From: a virus
Taxonomy: Duplodnaviria; Caudoviricetes
Strand: one strand, 5' to 3'
IMG/VR virus record: IMGVR_UViG_2808606883_000001
Span: 3,917-67,916 of that record
Length of the DNA: 64,000 nucleotides
Part shown: piece by piece, positions 44,888 to 54,689 of the stretch
Numbering within the stretch: position 1 is the stretch's first letter
How the letters are laid out: every line of letters starts with the position of its first letter
Made by a program: the position numbers and the translations under genes
The notes under the pieces: model-generated
Told to the model about the DNA's origin: nothing
The model's database searches: none
Seen by the model: the letters and a program-made list of their open reading frames with translations, nothing else

Positions 44888-46255
44888 ATGGCGAATAACA
44901 TCGTCACGGTGAATGTGTCGCAAACCATTGCGCCAACACCGTCGAATCTCCAGCGCACCGGCGCATTCATCTCGCAAGGCGGCACAACGCTCACTGCCGG
45001 TACGTACAGTCTTCTCACGTCCTCGTCGTCGCTTACGTCGCTTTTGACCGCGGCTCAGACCATCACTTCGATGACGTGGGCCACCAATACGGTCACGGTC
45101 ACGGTGAGCGGCGGTCACGGTTACCCGACCGGCAAAACGCTCAACCTGACCATTGCCGGCGTCACTCCAGCTGGCTACAACGGGACGTTCGCCTGCACGA
45201 TCACGTCGACAACCCAGTTCACGTATCCGCTCGCGTCGAACCCGGGGTCGGTAACCACGCAAGGCACGGTGGTCGTTGCGAACCAAGCCGTTCTGTCGGC
45301 GATGAACACGACGTTTTTCGCCCAGCCCGGTAACCTTTCGGTCTACGTTCTCGAGCTCGGCCCGACGATGTCGACCGATGGCATCACGGCACTGAACAAC
45401 TTCATCACGGCGAACCCGGGCGTTTTCTATTCGTACCTTGTTCCGTACGGCTGGGATGCAGACGCAACGTATCCGGCATTCCTGCAGAATTACAACTCGA
45501 CGACAGCGAAGACATACTTCTTCACCACCGTCACGCTGACGACGTATAGCAATATCAGCAATCTGCAGAAATGCTGCCCGATGCTGATTCAAGCGACAAA
45601 CGCCCCCTCGACAGAATTCACGATGGCGGCGATGTTCTGGGCAACACTCAACGCCAATCCGTCTTCGTCGAACAAGGTCCCGCCGCTTGCCTTCACGTTC
45701 CTGGTTGGCTCGACTGCGGGTTCGTGGACCGGCACGCAAAAGGCGACGTTCAAGACGAACAACGTCAACTTCGTCGATACCGGTGCCGAGGGCGGCATCA
45801 GCAACACGCTGCTGAAGTGGGGAACCACGCCGGATGGCAACCCTTGGAACTATTGGTATTCGGTTGACTGGGTTCAGATCAATCTGGATCTGAATATCGC
45901 CAACGCGATCATCAACGGGTCGAACACGAACATCAACCCGCTGTACTATAACCAGGACGGCATCAACCGATTGCAGTCGGTGGCGTCGAACACGCTTGCC
46001 AACGCGGTTTCGTATGGGTTGGCGCTCGGTCAGTTGGTCACGACACAGCTTGACCCGACTGGTTTTGCGAGCAATGTGTCGCAAAACCAGTATGCCGGCC
46101 AAGTCGTCGTCAATGCGGTTCCGTTCGCCACGTACAACCAGCAGAACCCGAGCGACTATTCAATCGGTAAGTATTCCGGCCTCGCCGCGGTGTACACGCC
46201 GCAGTTCGGCTTCACACAGATCATCTTTAACCTGAACGTTACGACGTTTGCTTAA
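44888..46255 (+). CDS. Tail sheath protein (DUF3383-like)
   Basis: MANNIVTVNVS; WYSVDWVQINL; YNQDGINRLQ motifs; 455 aa. Confidence 0.85.
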   Translation: MANNIVTVNVSQTIAPTPSNLQRTGAFISQGGTTLTAGTYSLLTSSSSLTSLLTAAQTITSMTWATNTVTVTVSGGHGYPTGKTLNLTIAGVTPAGYNGTFACTITSTTQFTYPLASNPGSVTTQGTVVVANQAVLSAMNTTFFAQPGNLSVYVLELGPTMSTDGITALNNFITANPGVFYSYLVPYGWDADATYPAFLQNYNSTTAKTYFFTTVTLTTYSNISNLQKCCPMLIQATNAPSTEFTMAAMFWATLNANPSSSNKVPPLAFTFLVGSTAGSWTGTQKATFKTNNVNFVDTGAEGGISNTLLKWGTTPDGNPWNYWYSVDWVQINLDLNIANAIINGSNTNINPLYYNQDGINRLQSVASNTLANAVSYGLALGQLVTTQLDPTGFASNVSQNQYAGQVVVNAVPFATYNQQNPSDYSIGKYSGLAAVYTPQFGFTQIIFNLNVTTFA

Positions 46256-46269
46256 CGGGGTAATTGGAC

Positions 46270-46728
46270 ATGGCATCTAATCCAGCAACCAATCCCCTGA
46301 TTGCACAGGGAACGCTGAATCGACTGCGCGGGAGCGTGGTCGTTCAGAGTTTGCCGAACCTGAACATCACGAGCCCTTTCTTGGGCAAGGAGGGTATTCG
46401 CCTTGCTCTCGAAGGGGAATCGACAGCGATTCTGCAAACGATGACGGGAACGGCTACGTCGCCGGAGCCGTACATGATCGCATCGGTGACGGCCGCCGTG
46501 TTGAAGACGAACGGTCTCGGAGCGCAGTACAAAGCACAGATGGAGCAGAACTCGGTGATCGGCCAGATCACTGTGATCCCTGACACGTCGGCGCTGCCCC
46601 AGTACACGCTCTACAACTGTGCGATCGAGTCGGTCCGCGAAATGCCTATGGATGGTACGGACGCAACATTCACCGTAACCATCCGCGGATACTACGTGAC
46701 CAACAATAACCTCTGGAATCTCACCTGA
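46270..46728 (+). CDS. Tail tube protein
   Basis: Follows the sheath; about 150 aa; QGTLNRLRGSV. Confidence 0.75.
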   Translation: MASNPATNPLIAQGTLNRLRGSVVVQSLPNLNITSPFLGKEGIRLALEGESTAILQTMTGTATSPEPYMIASVTAAVLKTNGLGAQYKAQMEQNSVIGQITVIPDTSALPQYTLYNCAIESVREMPMDGTDATFTVTIRGYYVTNNNLWNLT

Positions 46729-46758
46729 TTCTAAGGGGCAGGCATACAGGGGTGCCTA

Positions 46759-47304
46759 ATGAAACTTGATCGAAAGCTAAATCTGGTGCTCAACATCGAG
46801 AGCGGGCATGTTCATCATGCCCCGATCTCGAAGGAAGTATTTGAGCGCTACTTCCTGCCCATCTCGAAGACCTTCACGCGTATCTATGCGGAGGGCCTTG
46901 GCTCGATGGCTGGGCCGCGCGTCGCCGCCATGATGCTCAAGAAGGTCGCGCAAGACGACAATATCTGGGAAGGTGTGGATGGCGTTGAGAACGGCCTGAT
47001 GAATGAGATCAGGCGTCTCACCAACGTCGTTCTTCCTAGTGAGCAAGGATGGTCAACGCTTCCGTACTACGAAGCGCTTCGCCAGGACATGCTGGATGAG
47101 GACGAGGTCTCAGAGGTGGAAAACGCACTCTGTTTTTTTACGTGTGCGGTGAGCATGCACAAAAAGAACGAGCGGAATGTGATTGTTGGGGCGATGACGC
47201 TCTTCTGGGGCGGTCAAATCACCTCATCGGGTCTTATGGAATTCGCTCGTTCCTTGCCGACATCGACAGCCGACGAGAATACTGGCGAGAAGGCGACAGC
47301 GTAG
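46759..47304 (+). CDS. Tail assembly chaperone
   Basis: Between tube and tape measure; contains slippery T7 run. Confidence 0.75.
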   Translation: MKLDRKLNLVLNIESGHVHHAPISKEVFERYFLPISKTFTRIYAEGLGSMAGPRVAAMMLKKVAQDDNIWEGVDGVENGLMNEIRRLTNVVLPSEQGWSTLPYYEALRQDMLDEDEVSEVENALCFFTCAVSMHKKNERNVIVGAMTLFWGGQITSSGLMEFARSLPTSTADENTGEKATA

Positions 47305-47441
47305 TTCACCACACGCTGACATGGGCATCCGAAGAAGGATTCGAAAAGTTCTTCGAACAGTATGAGTTCGACTTCAAGGAAGCCGAGCAGTTCAGGCAGC
47401 GACACATCACTAACGCGATTAGCAAAAAGTCATTCTTCTAG
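47133..47441 (+). other. Programmed -1 frameshift site and extended chaperone C-terminus
   Basis: T TTT TTT at 47133-47139 is in the correct phase; the -1 frame is open to TAG 47441, 2 nt before the tape measure start. Confidence 0.7.
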
Positions 47442-47443
47442 AC

Positions 47444-49180
47444 ATGGCCGCTAAGTCAATCGTTCGCATTGAGGTCGACCAATCCGACTTCAATGCGTTC
47501 CTTGCGAAGTACAAAGAATTCCAAAAATCCATCCAGCAGGTCAAGATGGAGAAGCTCGAGGAAGAAATGTCGAGCTTCAAGGATCACATGCAGGAGATCG
47601 GCTCCGAGTTTCTGGTGATGAACAGCATCATCACCGGCAATAAATTTTCGGGCGCCATTGGAATGTTCGGCAAGATCGCGACATCTACTGCGAAATCGTG
47701 GAAGGAGATCGGCAAGGAAATCGAGAAGTCGACGAAGGGTATGTCGATGCTCGCGAGACTTTCGATCAATACTCGAGCATTCGGCGGCCTGACGTTGGCT
47801 GCCAGCGCTGGTGCGATCGGCGCAGCTTTCGGTATAACGACGGCGTCGATGTTCGGCCTTTCCGACGTCAACAAGACGTCGCGCAGCCTCGGTCTCAAGC
47901 CGGGGCAAGAACAGGCATTCGAAGACGTATATGGCCCGGCGGGCGGCGATCGCGGACTGCTTTCGCGAATCGCTGGCGTTCAGGCTGATCCAACCAAATG
48001 GCGTTATCTCCAAGCCGCTGGGATCTCTCCAGAAGAGATTCAATCGAAGGATGTAACTGGGCTAGCCGCCGAGTTTCTTGAGAAGGCGGGAGGGCTCTAC
48101 AAGCAGCGCGGTGGGATGTATGCCGAAGCAATGGGTCTGACGAATATTGCCGATCTATCGTCGCTTCGGCTGGCTGGTTCATACGGAAAAGAGGACTTCT
48201 CTAAATTCGCCCAGCAGGAGCAAGAGGCCGAAAAGCGTCTGGCCGTTGATCAGCCCGCAGCTGATGCGGCGACCGAGTTCACCAAAGCCCTCAAGGCTGC
48301 GGCGGACGAGGTGGAAAACTCATTTATGGTGGCGTTTATTCCCCTCGCACCTGCATTCAAGGATCTCACAAAGTCGATTGCGGATTCCTTGGCATCGACA
48401 TTCAAGAGCGCAGAATTCAAGGCGGATCTCGAAGGGGTCGCGGAAGGATTCAAGACTCTATTCCATGCTCTGGGGTGGCTAGCAAAGACCGAAAAGCCGG
48501 CCGTTCAGAATCAGGCGCAACTAGGTAGTGGATTGGTCCAAGTCGCGAAGGACATCAAGCATGGCGACTTCGCCAAAGCGTGGCATGATCTGAACAAGCC
48601 ATTACCCGGCCCGCAGCCGAATGTTATTGGGAGCGATTCCCCAAACCCAATTGCCAGTCCTACTGGTGGAGCGTGGGCGTTCAACGAACTGTCTAGCATG
48701 CAGCGAGGAATCTCGCATCAACAAGGTAAGTGGGACGATGTAGGCAACAAATACAATCTTCCCCGCGGGCTCTTGGCCGCAGTCGAGCAGATAGAAAGTC
48801 GAGGCAATCCTCGAGCCGTATCCCCTGTCGGTGCATCTGGCCCGTTTCAGATCATGCCGTCAGTCGGCAAGCACTACGGTCTCAGTCAGGATGATCTGTT
48901 TGACCCTCGAAAGTCTGCATCGGTAGCCGCCCAAGAACTTGGCATGCATTTGAAGAAGTACGTGGGCGATATTGGCAAGGCTCTCGCGGCTTACAATTGG
49001 GGGCAAGGGAACCTTGACAAGGACATTGCCGCGCATGGCGACAAGTGGCGAAATTTCCTGCCGAAGGAAACTGCCGGCTATCTCAACAAAGCGCAGGCGA
49101 TGGGGGTGAATGTGAATGTCAATGTGACGGCCCCGGCGGGAAGTTCAACGAACGTAACGGCAGCGGCACTGACTCAATAA
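47444..49180 (+). CDS. Tape measure protein with C-terminal lytic transglycosylase (SLT) domain
   Basis: Helical N-terminus; IESRGNPRAVSPVGASGPFQIMP and AYNWGQG SLT motifs. Confidence 0.88.
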   Translation: MAAKSIVRIEVDQSDFNAFLAKYKEFQKSIQQVKMEKLEEEMSSFKDHMQEIGSEFLVMNSIITGNKFSGAIGMFGKIATSTAKSWKEIGKEIEKSTKGMSMLARLSINTRAFGGLTLAASAGAIGAAFGITTASMFGLSDVNKTSRSLGLKPGQEQAFEDVYGPAGGDRGLLSRIAGVQADPTKWRYLQAAGISPEEIQSKDVTGLAAEFLEKAGGLYKQRGGMYAEAMGLTNIADLSSLRLAGSYGKEDFSKFAQQEQEAEKRLAVDQPAADAATEFTKALKAAADEVENSFMVAFIPLAPAFKDLTKSIADSLASTFKSAEFKADLEGVAEGFKTLFHALGWLAKTEKPAVQNQAQLGSGLVQVAKDIKHGDFAKAWHDLNKPLPGPQPNVIGSDSPNPIASPTGGAWAFNELSSMQRGISHQQGKWDDVGNKYNLPRGLLAAVEQIESRGNPRAVSPVGASGPFQIMPSVGKHYGLSQDDLFDPRKSASVAAQELGMHLKKYVGDIGKALAAYNWGQGNLDKDIAAHGDKWRNFLPKETAGYLNKAQAMGVNVNVNVTAPAGSSTNVTAAALTQ

Positions 49181-49189
49181 GGGAATCGC

Positions 49190-50404
49190 GTGCGGTATTA
49201 CCGAATTGTGATCAGCGACCCAGCCACGGGAGAAGTGTTCGTGCCAAATGTGGGCGGCCGTCCTGGATTCTCCCGGCAACCCGCTAACCCATCGCTAAGC
49301 ACTTACACGAGCCTAAATTCACTTGGTTCGGTCGCGATTCCCGGTTCTTCGAACCCATATGCGCAGAACATCGAACTCGATCTGCCGGTCACATTTCTGC
49401 ATGAGCCGTTACCTAATGCATATCTGCGTATTTGGGGCATCTCGCTTACGGAGATAGGACAAGCAAGCAACCTGCAAGGGATGAACGTTGCGATCTACGG
49501 CGGGATGTCGGCGGGACTGCCGTTGGCCAACGCATCGCAATCGGGAATCCTTGCTTCGGGACAGATTCTGCAGTCATTCGGGAACTGGATCGGCTCGGAC
49601 ATGACGTTGGACATGTATGTGTTCTTCGGCGGCAGCTCGCCAACGTCGAACCAGACAACCGGTAATTCGTCTACAACGTCGACAACACCGCTTCCCGCAA
49701 CGAACCAAAATCCAGCGAATATCATCTGGCAATGGAGCGCCGGGCAGAGCTTTAACTCAGCTGTCACCAATTCACTTAGCACGGTGTTCCCGAAGTACCA
49801 GATACAGGGCACTGCCAGTCCCAACTTGGCATGGACCGGAGCGCCAGAAATAGGCTTTTTCGCGACGGTTAAGCAGTTCGCGCAGTATCTCAATGAATTG
49901 AGTCAGAAGATCATCGGCGGGTCGACGCCGAACCAGCAGTCTTATCCCGGCGTTTTTCTGGCCTTCCAGAACAACACGATCACGATCGGCGATGGTTCAA
50001 CGCAGACGACGCCCAAGCAGATCAACTTTATCGACTTGATAGGTCAGCCGACGTTCAGTCAGCCGTTCCAGGTGCAGGTTTCGTGCGTTATGAGAGCGGA
50101 CATCAAGGTCGGTGATTACGTAAAGCTACCGCCAGGCCCCGGAATCATTCAGTCCGGCTCAGCGTCACAGTTTTTTAACGTGCAGCCCGGCGATCAATAC
50201 TCGACGGCGAAAAGCGGATCCATCTTTAGCGGCACGTTCCTCGTCAATGCGGTTCGTCATGTCGGTAACTTCCGCAATCCCGCGGCGCAATCGTGGATTA
50301 CGACGTTGGACTTGGCATATCAACCGACGCCGACATCCACGGTGCAGGCGATGCCAGTGCTGTACTCGGGCAATAACAGTTACAACTTCCACCTACCAAG
50401 CTGA
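49190..50404 (+). CDS. Baseplate hub-like protein
   Basis: IDLIGQPT..VRHVGNFR..W.T motifs; position. Confidence 0.65.
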   Translation: MRYYRIVISDPATGEVFVPNVGGRPGFSRQPANPSLSTYTSLNSLGSVAIPGSSNPYAQNIELDLPVTFLHEPLPNAYLRIWGISLTEIGQASNLQGMNVAIYGGMSAGLPLANASQSGILASGQILQSFGNWIGSDMTLDMYVFFGGSSPTSNQTTGNSSTTSTTPLPATNQNPANIIWQWSAGQSFNSAVTNSLSTVFPKYQIQGTASPNLAWTGAPEIGFFATVKQFAQYLNELSQKIIGGSTPNQQSYPGVFLAFQNNTITIGDGSTQTTPKQINFIDLIGQPTFSQPFQVQVSCVMRADIKVGDYVKLPPGPGIIQSGSASQFFNVQPGDQYSTAKSGSIFSGTFLVNAVRHVGNFRNPAAQSWITTLDLAYQPTPTSTVQAMPVLYSGNNSYNFHLPS

Positions 50405-50412
50405 GGGGCTGA

Positions 50413-51177
50413 ATGAGCACATCAACGGGTCGTGAAATATGGCGGCTCGCGTATGAAATCAGCCCAATTATCCTGGTCAATGGCATCGCGTCGCTGATTC
50501 CCGGCCAAATGTTGCCCATCGTGGCGCTAACGCAGGCGGCAGATTTCTCGCTTGGCTTGCTGAGCGGTGGACCGAACCTTTCTCTGGACGATTTTCTATT
50601 CCATTGGAAGCCGCTGCCGGGCACGACACTCGTCAACCAGCAGGTAGGTAGCTATCCGTTCGCCAATCAAAGCGTAGCGGCTAACGCGACTATTCAGCAG
50701 CCGCTCAACATATCAATGTTGGCGGTGTGCCCGGTCAACACGACGGGTGGCTACACGGGCAAGCTCGCGACAATGACGGCCCTGAAGATCGCGCTGGACA
50801 CCCACAACGCGAGCGGCGGAACGTACACCATCGCAACGCCGAGTTACACCTTCACTAACTGCATCCTGACGAACGTTCGCGACGTCTCCGGGGGCGAAAG
50901 CAAGCAGGTCCAGACCGCTTGGCAGTTTGACTTTGTGAAGCCTCTCATCACGATCAACTCGGCGACGCAAATCTTCAATTCGCTCATGAACAAGATATCG
51001 AGCGGATTGCCGATTAGCGGTCAGCCAGCATGGTCAGGCGCTGCATCCACGATTGGCGGGAACACGATTAGCGCCACAGGGAACTTGATCCCGAGCCTAA
51101 GCGGTCAGGTTAGCGCGTCCGTGGCGGGCATCACTGGGTCGTCGGTTGGAAACAATACCTTCGGATTCACGGGATGA
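50413..51177 (+). CDS. Baseplate/tail tube initiator-like protein
   Basis: Position; YPFANQSVAANA motif. Confidence 0.6.
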   Translation: MSTSTGREIWRLAYEISPIILVNGIASLIPGQMLPIVALTQAADFSLGLLSGGPNLSLDDFLFHWKPLPGTTLVNQQVGSYPFANQSVAANATIQQPLNISMLAVCPVNTTGGYTGKLATMTALKIALDTHNASGGTYTIATPSYTFTNCILTNVRDVSGGESKQVQTAWQFDFVKPLITINSATQIFNSLMNKISSGLPISGQPAWSGAASTIGGNTISATGNLIPSLSGQVSASVAGITGSSVGNNTFGFTG

Positions 51178-51665
51178 CCTCATACATCCAGTTCGCTCCG
51201 TCATCGACATCGAATTTCCAATTTCAATGTCAGCTGGACGGAAGCGCCTACAACGTCGTTGTCACATGGTCTCTCTTTGGCGCGCGCTACTACGTCAATG
51301 TGTATTCGCTCGACGGCACGCTGATTGTCGTCATGCCGATGATTGGCAGTCCGCCAGCCCTGAATCTGGCATCGGTGACATACGCGAACGGAAAGGCTAT
51401 CGCGACTACGGCAACGCCGCATACCTTTGCAGTTGGGTCCGTGGTCAACCTGACTATTAGCGGTGTATCGCCCAGCGACTACAACGGGTCGTTCCAGTGC
51501 GCGGTCCTCAGCAATACGCAGTTCAGCTATCCCATCGCAACGATGCCGGCGGACTCAACCTCGAGCGGCACCGTTGCGTACAACATCAATCTTGCTGCCG
51601 GGTACTTCAAGACGAGCAGCATCGTATGGCGCGTCGACTCAGGAAACTTCGAGGTCTCTCCCTGA
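51174..51665 (+). CDS. Baseplate protein with inserted beta module
   Basis: LDGSAY..W..RYYVNVY N-terminus; internal module shared with the sheath. Confidence 0.65.
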   Translation: MTSYIQFAPSSTSNFQFQCQLDGSAYNVVVTWSLFGARYYVNVYSLDGTLIVVMPMIGSPPALNLASVTYANGKAIATTATPHTFAVGSVVNLTISGVSPSDYNGSFQCAVLSNTQFSYPIATMPADSTSSGTVAYNINLAAGYFKTSSIVWRVDSGNFEVSP

Positions 51666-51848
51666 TTTTACGTTGCCTGTTAAAGCCCAGATGAAGGCAA
51701 CAAACCATCCGATGACGGTCCATCCGAAAAGAAGGTTGACCGCCACGATGGCGTTTTCGTCTTTGTGACGGCGCACGACAGAAATAAACGTCGGGACAAG
51801 GTAGAAAGCAAGAAGAATCCAGCCGAGCTGAAGATGGAAAAATGGCAG
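51639..51848 (-). CDS. T4 Imm-like superinfection immunity membrane protein (non-canonical start)
   Basis: Manual translation FYLVPTFISVVRRHKDENAIVAVNLLFGWTVIGWFVAFIWAL; no in-frame ATG/GTG/TTG, CTG at 51848 is the candidate start. Confidence 0.7.
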   Translation of the reverse strand: MPFFHLQLGWILLAFYLVPTFISVVRRHKDENAIVAVNLLFGWTVIGWFVAFIWALTGNVKSGRDLEVS

Positions 51849-52558
51849 ACAACAGCTTAAAGTCCCCGCTCAATCGGAGTCTGCCGCAGGCAATCCAGAA
51901 CAAGATTCTGGACGCCATCCAATTGCAGGGTAAGGCACTCCCAGCCCATGTGGTGAGCAAGAGCGGGGCGATGATCACTGTGGCGTTTGATGTGCATAGC
52001 ACATACACGCTGCCGCAAGTCACAATTCCTTTGTTCGGCCCCGAATACATCCGATACCCGTTGCAATCGGGGGACAGGGGCTTTGTGCTGCCGATGGATG
52101 CGCGCACGGGATATTCAAGCGGGCAAGGCGGCGGGATTCCCGATCTTTCTCAACCGGCAAATCTGGCGGCATTGGTATTCCTTCCGATCGGAAATACTCA
52201 ATGGTCGTCCGTTGACCCAAACGCGGTTGTTGTGCGCGGCCCGAACGGAGTCGTTCTGGAAGATGAAACGAACGCGTGCACGTTCGTCTTAACCCCGACA
52301 TCGGTTACCTGCATCGCCCCGAACCAGATCAAGCTTCAATCTGGGGCGACGACCATGACAATCACGCCGACAGGCTGGAGTATCACGGGCTCTAACGGCT
52401 CGTTGTCGGATGGCTCGCATACGACGTCGGTGACGCTGATGAATTCGACGTGGGCGGCGCTACTTAGCTGGCTGTCAACCCATCAGCATTCGGATCCACA
52501 AGGCGGAAATACCGGGGCTCCGACAACATCTCCGCCATCAGGGAATATCGCGCCATGA
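51842..52558 (+). CDS. Baseplate spike/assembly protein (Gp138/gpV-like)
   Basis: IRYPLQSGDRG OB-fold segment; C-terminal THQHSDPQGGNTGAP. Confidence 0.78.
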   Translation: MADNSLKSPLNRSLPQAIQNKILDAIQLQGKALPAHVVSKSGAMITVAFDVHSTYTLPQVTIPLFGPEYIRYPLQSGDRGFVLPMDARTGYSSGQGGGIPDLSQPANLAALVFLPIGNTQWSSVDPNAVVVRGPNGVVLEDETNACTFVLTPTSVTCIAPNQIKLQSGATTMTITPTGWSITGSNGSLSDGSHTTSVTLMNSTWAALLSWLSTHQHSDPQGGNTGAPTTSPPSGNIAP

Positions 52559-52953
52559 GAACCTGGAACCGAGTCATGTATTCGGATGGGTCTTGGGTCT
52601 GGCAAGAAGTGCAAACGGCATCGAACGGCGACAATACGGATGTCTGGCTAACGACGCTAATCCAGACGCTACAACTGGTCACGGGGGAATCCCCCTTCTA
52701 TTCGAACCGCGGCATACCTGCGATTCAATCCGTGGTCCAGCAGGTATTTCCTGACTTCTATGTCAACCAGATCCAACAGCAGTTTTCGCCCTACTTCGCC
52801 AGCCTGATCATCAGCAAGCTTCCATCGGCCACGCCGACATACCAGATCAACATTATCACGAAGCAAGGCGCGCAGATCAACGGCACGTACTCGAAGCAAA
52901 CCGGCGCACTGCTTGACGGCTCCTTCATCCTGAATAAATCCCTGCTCGTATGA
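52555..52953 (+). CDS. Baseplate wedge protein (gp25-like position)
   Basis: GESPFYSNRGIP motif. Confidence 0.65.
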   Translation: MRTWNRVMYSDGSWVWQEVQTASNGDNTDVWLTTLIQTLQLVTGESPFYSNRGIPAIQSVVQQVFPDFYVNQIQQQFSPYFASLIISKLPSATPTYQINIITKQGAQINGTYSKQTGALLDGSFILNKSLLV

Positions 52954-54476
52954 AAAGAATCCTAGCCATTCTGCTGCTCTTGTCATCGACGGCTTGGGCG
53001 CAGGTCGTCACATTCGCGCCAGGGCAGGTTTTAACGGCGGCGCAGCTCAATACCTCGTTTGCCTCCGTTTTGCCGCTCACGGGCGGCACGCTGACGGGGC
53101 CTCTCACAGCCCCTACCGCAACATTCACCAACAGTTACCTGGCGAGTGCCTACATCAGCGGTGGCACGATCAACAACACCGTTATTGGCGGAACCTATCC
53201 AGCCAACGGGACATTCAACAACCTCAATGTAACTGGCTCGATCGCGATAAGTTCCTTATCGACCTCTAATGCGGTTATTTCTGGAGGGTCAATAAACTCA
53301 ACGCCCGTTGGGAATACCTCGCCCTCGTCCGGCTCATTCACAACGATGGGCGCGAGCGGCGCCGTCACGCTCACCAACACAACTCAGTCAACGTCCGCTA
53401 CCACTGGAGCGCTGATTGTTTCGGGTGGAGTTGGCATTGCCAAAGATATATATAGTGGCGGCACGTTCCATGGCGGAGTGATTTCCACATCCGGGACCAT
53501 TGATTCCATACCGATTGGAAGTACCACTCCTAGCACTGGGGCGTTCACCACATTAAGAGCCACTGAGCCGCAATACAACGTGCTGATCGGCGGTGGCGCG
53601 AGCGCAACCTTCGGCGTTGTCGCACCCAGCGCAACGTCTGGAGTGCCGCTGATATCGCAAGGCTCCGCGGCAAATCCCGCCTTTGGTACCGTCATTCCTG
53701 CTGGTGGGGGTACGGGCCTCACAACGATCACCGCGCATGGCGTCATGCTCGGCGAAGGGACGGGGAATGTTGCGACAGTTGGACCAAGCGCGACTATTGG
53801 GCAGGCGCTGATCAGTCAAGGTTTAAGTGCTGATCCTATCTTTGGATATCCGACTGGAACACTCATCGGATTCCAGCGGTTTACATCTAGCGGCACTTAT
53901 ACACAGTCCGCTGGAACGAATAGCGTAATTGTTGAAATTCAAGGTGCCGGTGGCGCTGGAGGCGGCGCGGCAGCAACTGGCGCAGGACAGTTCTCATGCG
54001 GCTCGGGCGGAGCTGCGGGCGGCTACATTCGTCATCGCATGACGAGCGGTTTCAGCGGAGCAACCGTTACCATCGGCGCAGCAGGTTCTGGTTCTTCAGG
54101 TGCGGCTGGCGCGGCTGGCGGCAATACCTCGTTTGCAGGCATCACTGCGAATGGCGGAAGCGGCGGCGCATCCAATGGTCCGTCAACGAGCGCAGCAACG
54201 GCACCATCTGCCGGAGGCACCGCTTCAGGCGGCAGCATCATCAATTCGAGCGGCGCGCCAGGCCTCTGGTGTGTCGGCAATGCGACTCTGGCTTATGGCG
54301 GCATTGGCGCGAACTCGCTGCTTGGCGCAGGAGGGATCGAGGTTGCTAACGGCACGGGAGGTGCGGCTACCGGCTATGGCGCAGGCGGAGGTGGTGCGGT
54401 GATCGGGGCTAGCAGTGGGGCCCAAACAGGCGGTGCCGGTGCGCAAGGCGTCGTGATCGTCTGGGAGTACAACTGA
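52950..54476 (+). CDS. Gly/Ser/Thr-rich fibre-like protein with N-terminal signal-like segment
   Basis: LPLTGGTLTGPL repeats; C-terminal glycine-rich domain ending GAQGVVIVWEY. Confidence 0.7.
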   Translation: MKRILAILLLLSSTAWAQVVTFAPGQVLTAAQLNTSFASVLPLTGGTLTGPLTAPTATFTNSYLASAYISGGTINNTVIGGTYPANGTFNNLNVTGSIAISSLSTSNAVISGGSINSTPVGNTSPSSGSFTTMGASGAVTLTNTTQSTSATTGALIVSGGVGIAKDIYSGGTFHGGVISTSGTIDSIPIGSTTPSTGAFTTLRATEPQYNVLIGGGASATFGVVAPSATSGVPLISQGSAANPAFGTVIPAGGGTGLTTITAHGVMLGEGTGNVATVGPSATIGQALISQGLSADPIFGYPTGTLIGFQRFTSSGTYTQSAGTNSVIVEIQGAGGAGGGAAATGAGQFSCGSGGAAGGYIRHRMTSGFSGATVTIGAAGSGSSGAAGAAGGNTSFAGITANGGSGGASNGPSTSAATAPSAGGTASGGSIINSSGAPGLWCVGNATLAYGGIGANSLLGAGGIEVANGTGGAATGYGAGGGGAVIGASSGAQTGGAGAQGVVIVWEYN

Positions 54477-54664
54477 TGACCTATGCCATCGTTCAGAACG
54501 GGACCGTCGTGAATACTGTTGAGTGGGACGGAATCACTCAGTGGCAGGTGCCCGCCGGCACGACGGCCGTGCAAATTCCGGACGGCGCGTATATCGGAAT
54601 CGGCTCTACCTACGAAAATGGAGCATTTAGTGCTCCACCTCAGCCTCCGCAAACGGTGATCTGA
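54476..54664 (+). CDS. Small fibre chaperone-like protein
   Basis: MTYAIVQNGTVVNTVEWDG; coupled to the fibre-like gene. Confidence 0.65.
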   Translation: MTYAIVQNGTVVNTVEWDGITQWQVPAGTTAVQIPDGAYIGIGSTYENGAFSAPPQPPQTVI

Positions 54665-54689
54665 AGTCGCCGTTGAACATACCTGTTAC

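Noticed and set aside
39662-46102. Long antisense ORFs (39662-41344, 44861-46102; likewise 1071-2417, 19934-20728)
   Set aside because: They are shadow frames of high-GC genes with clear phage functions on the opposite strand, and have no recognisable motifs.
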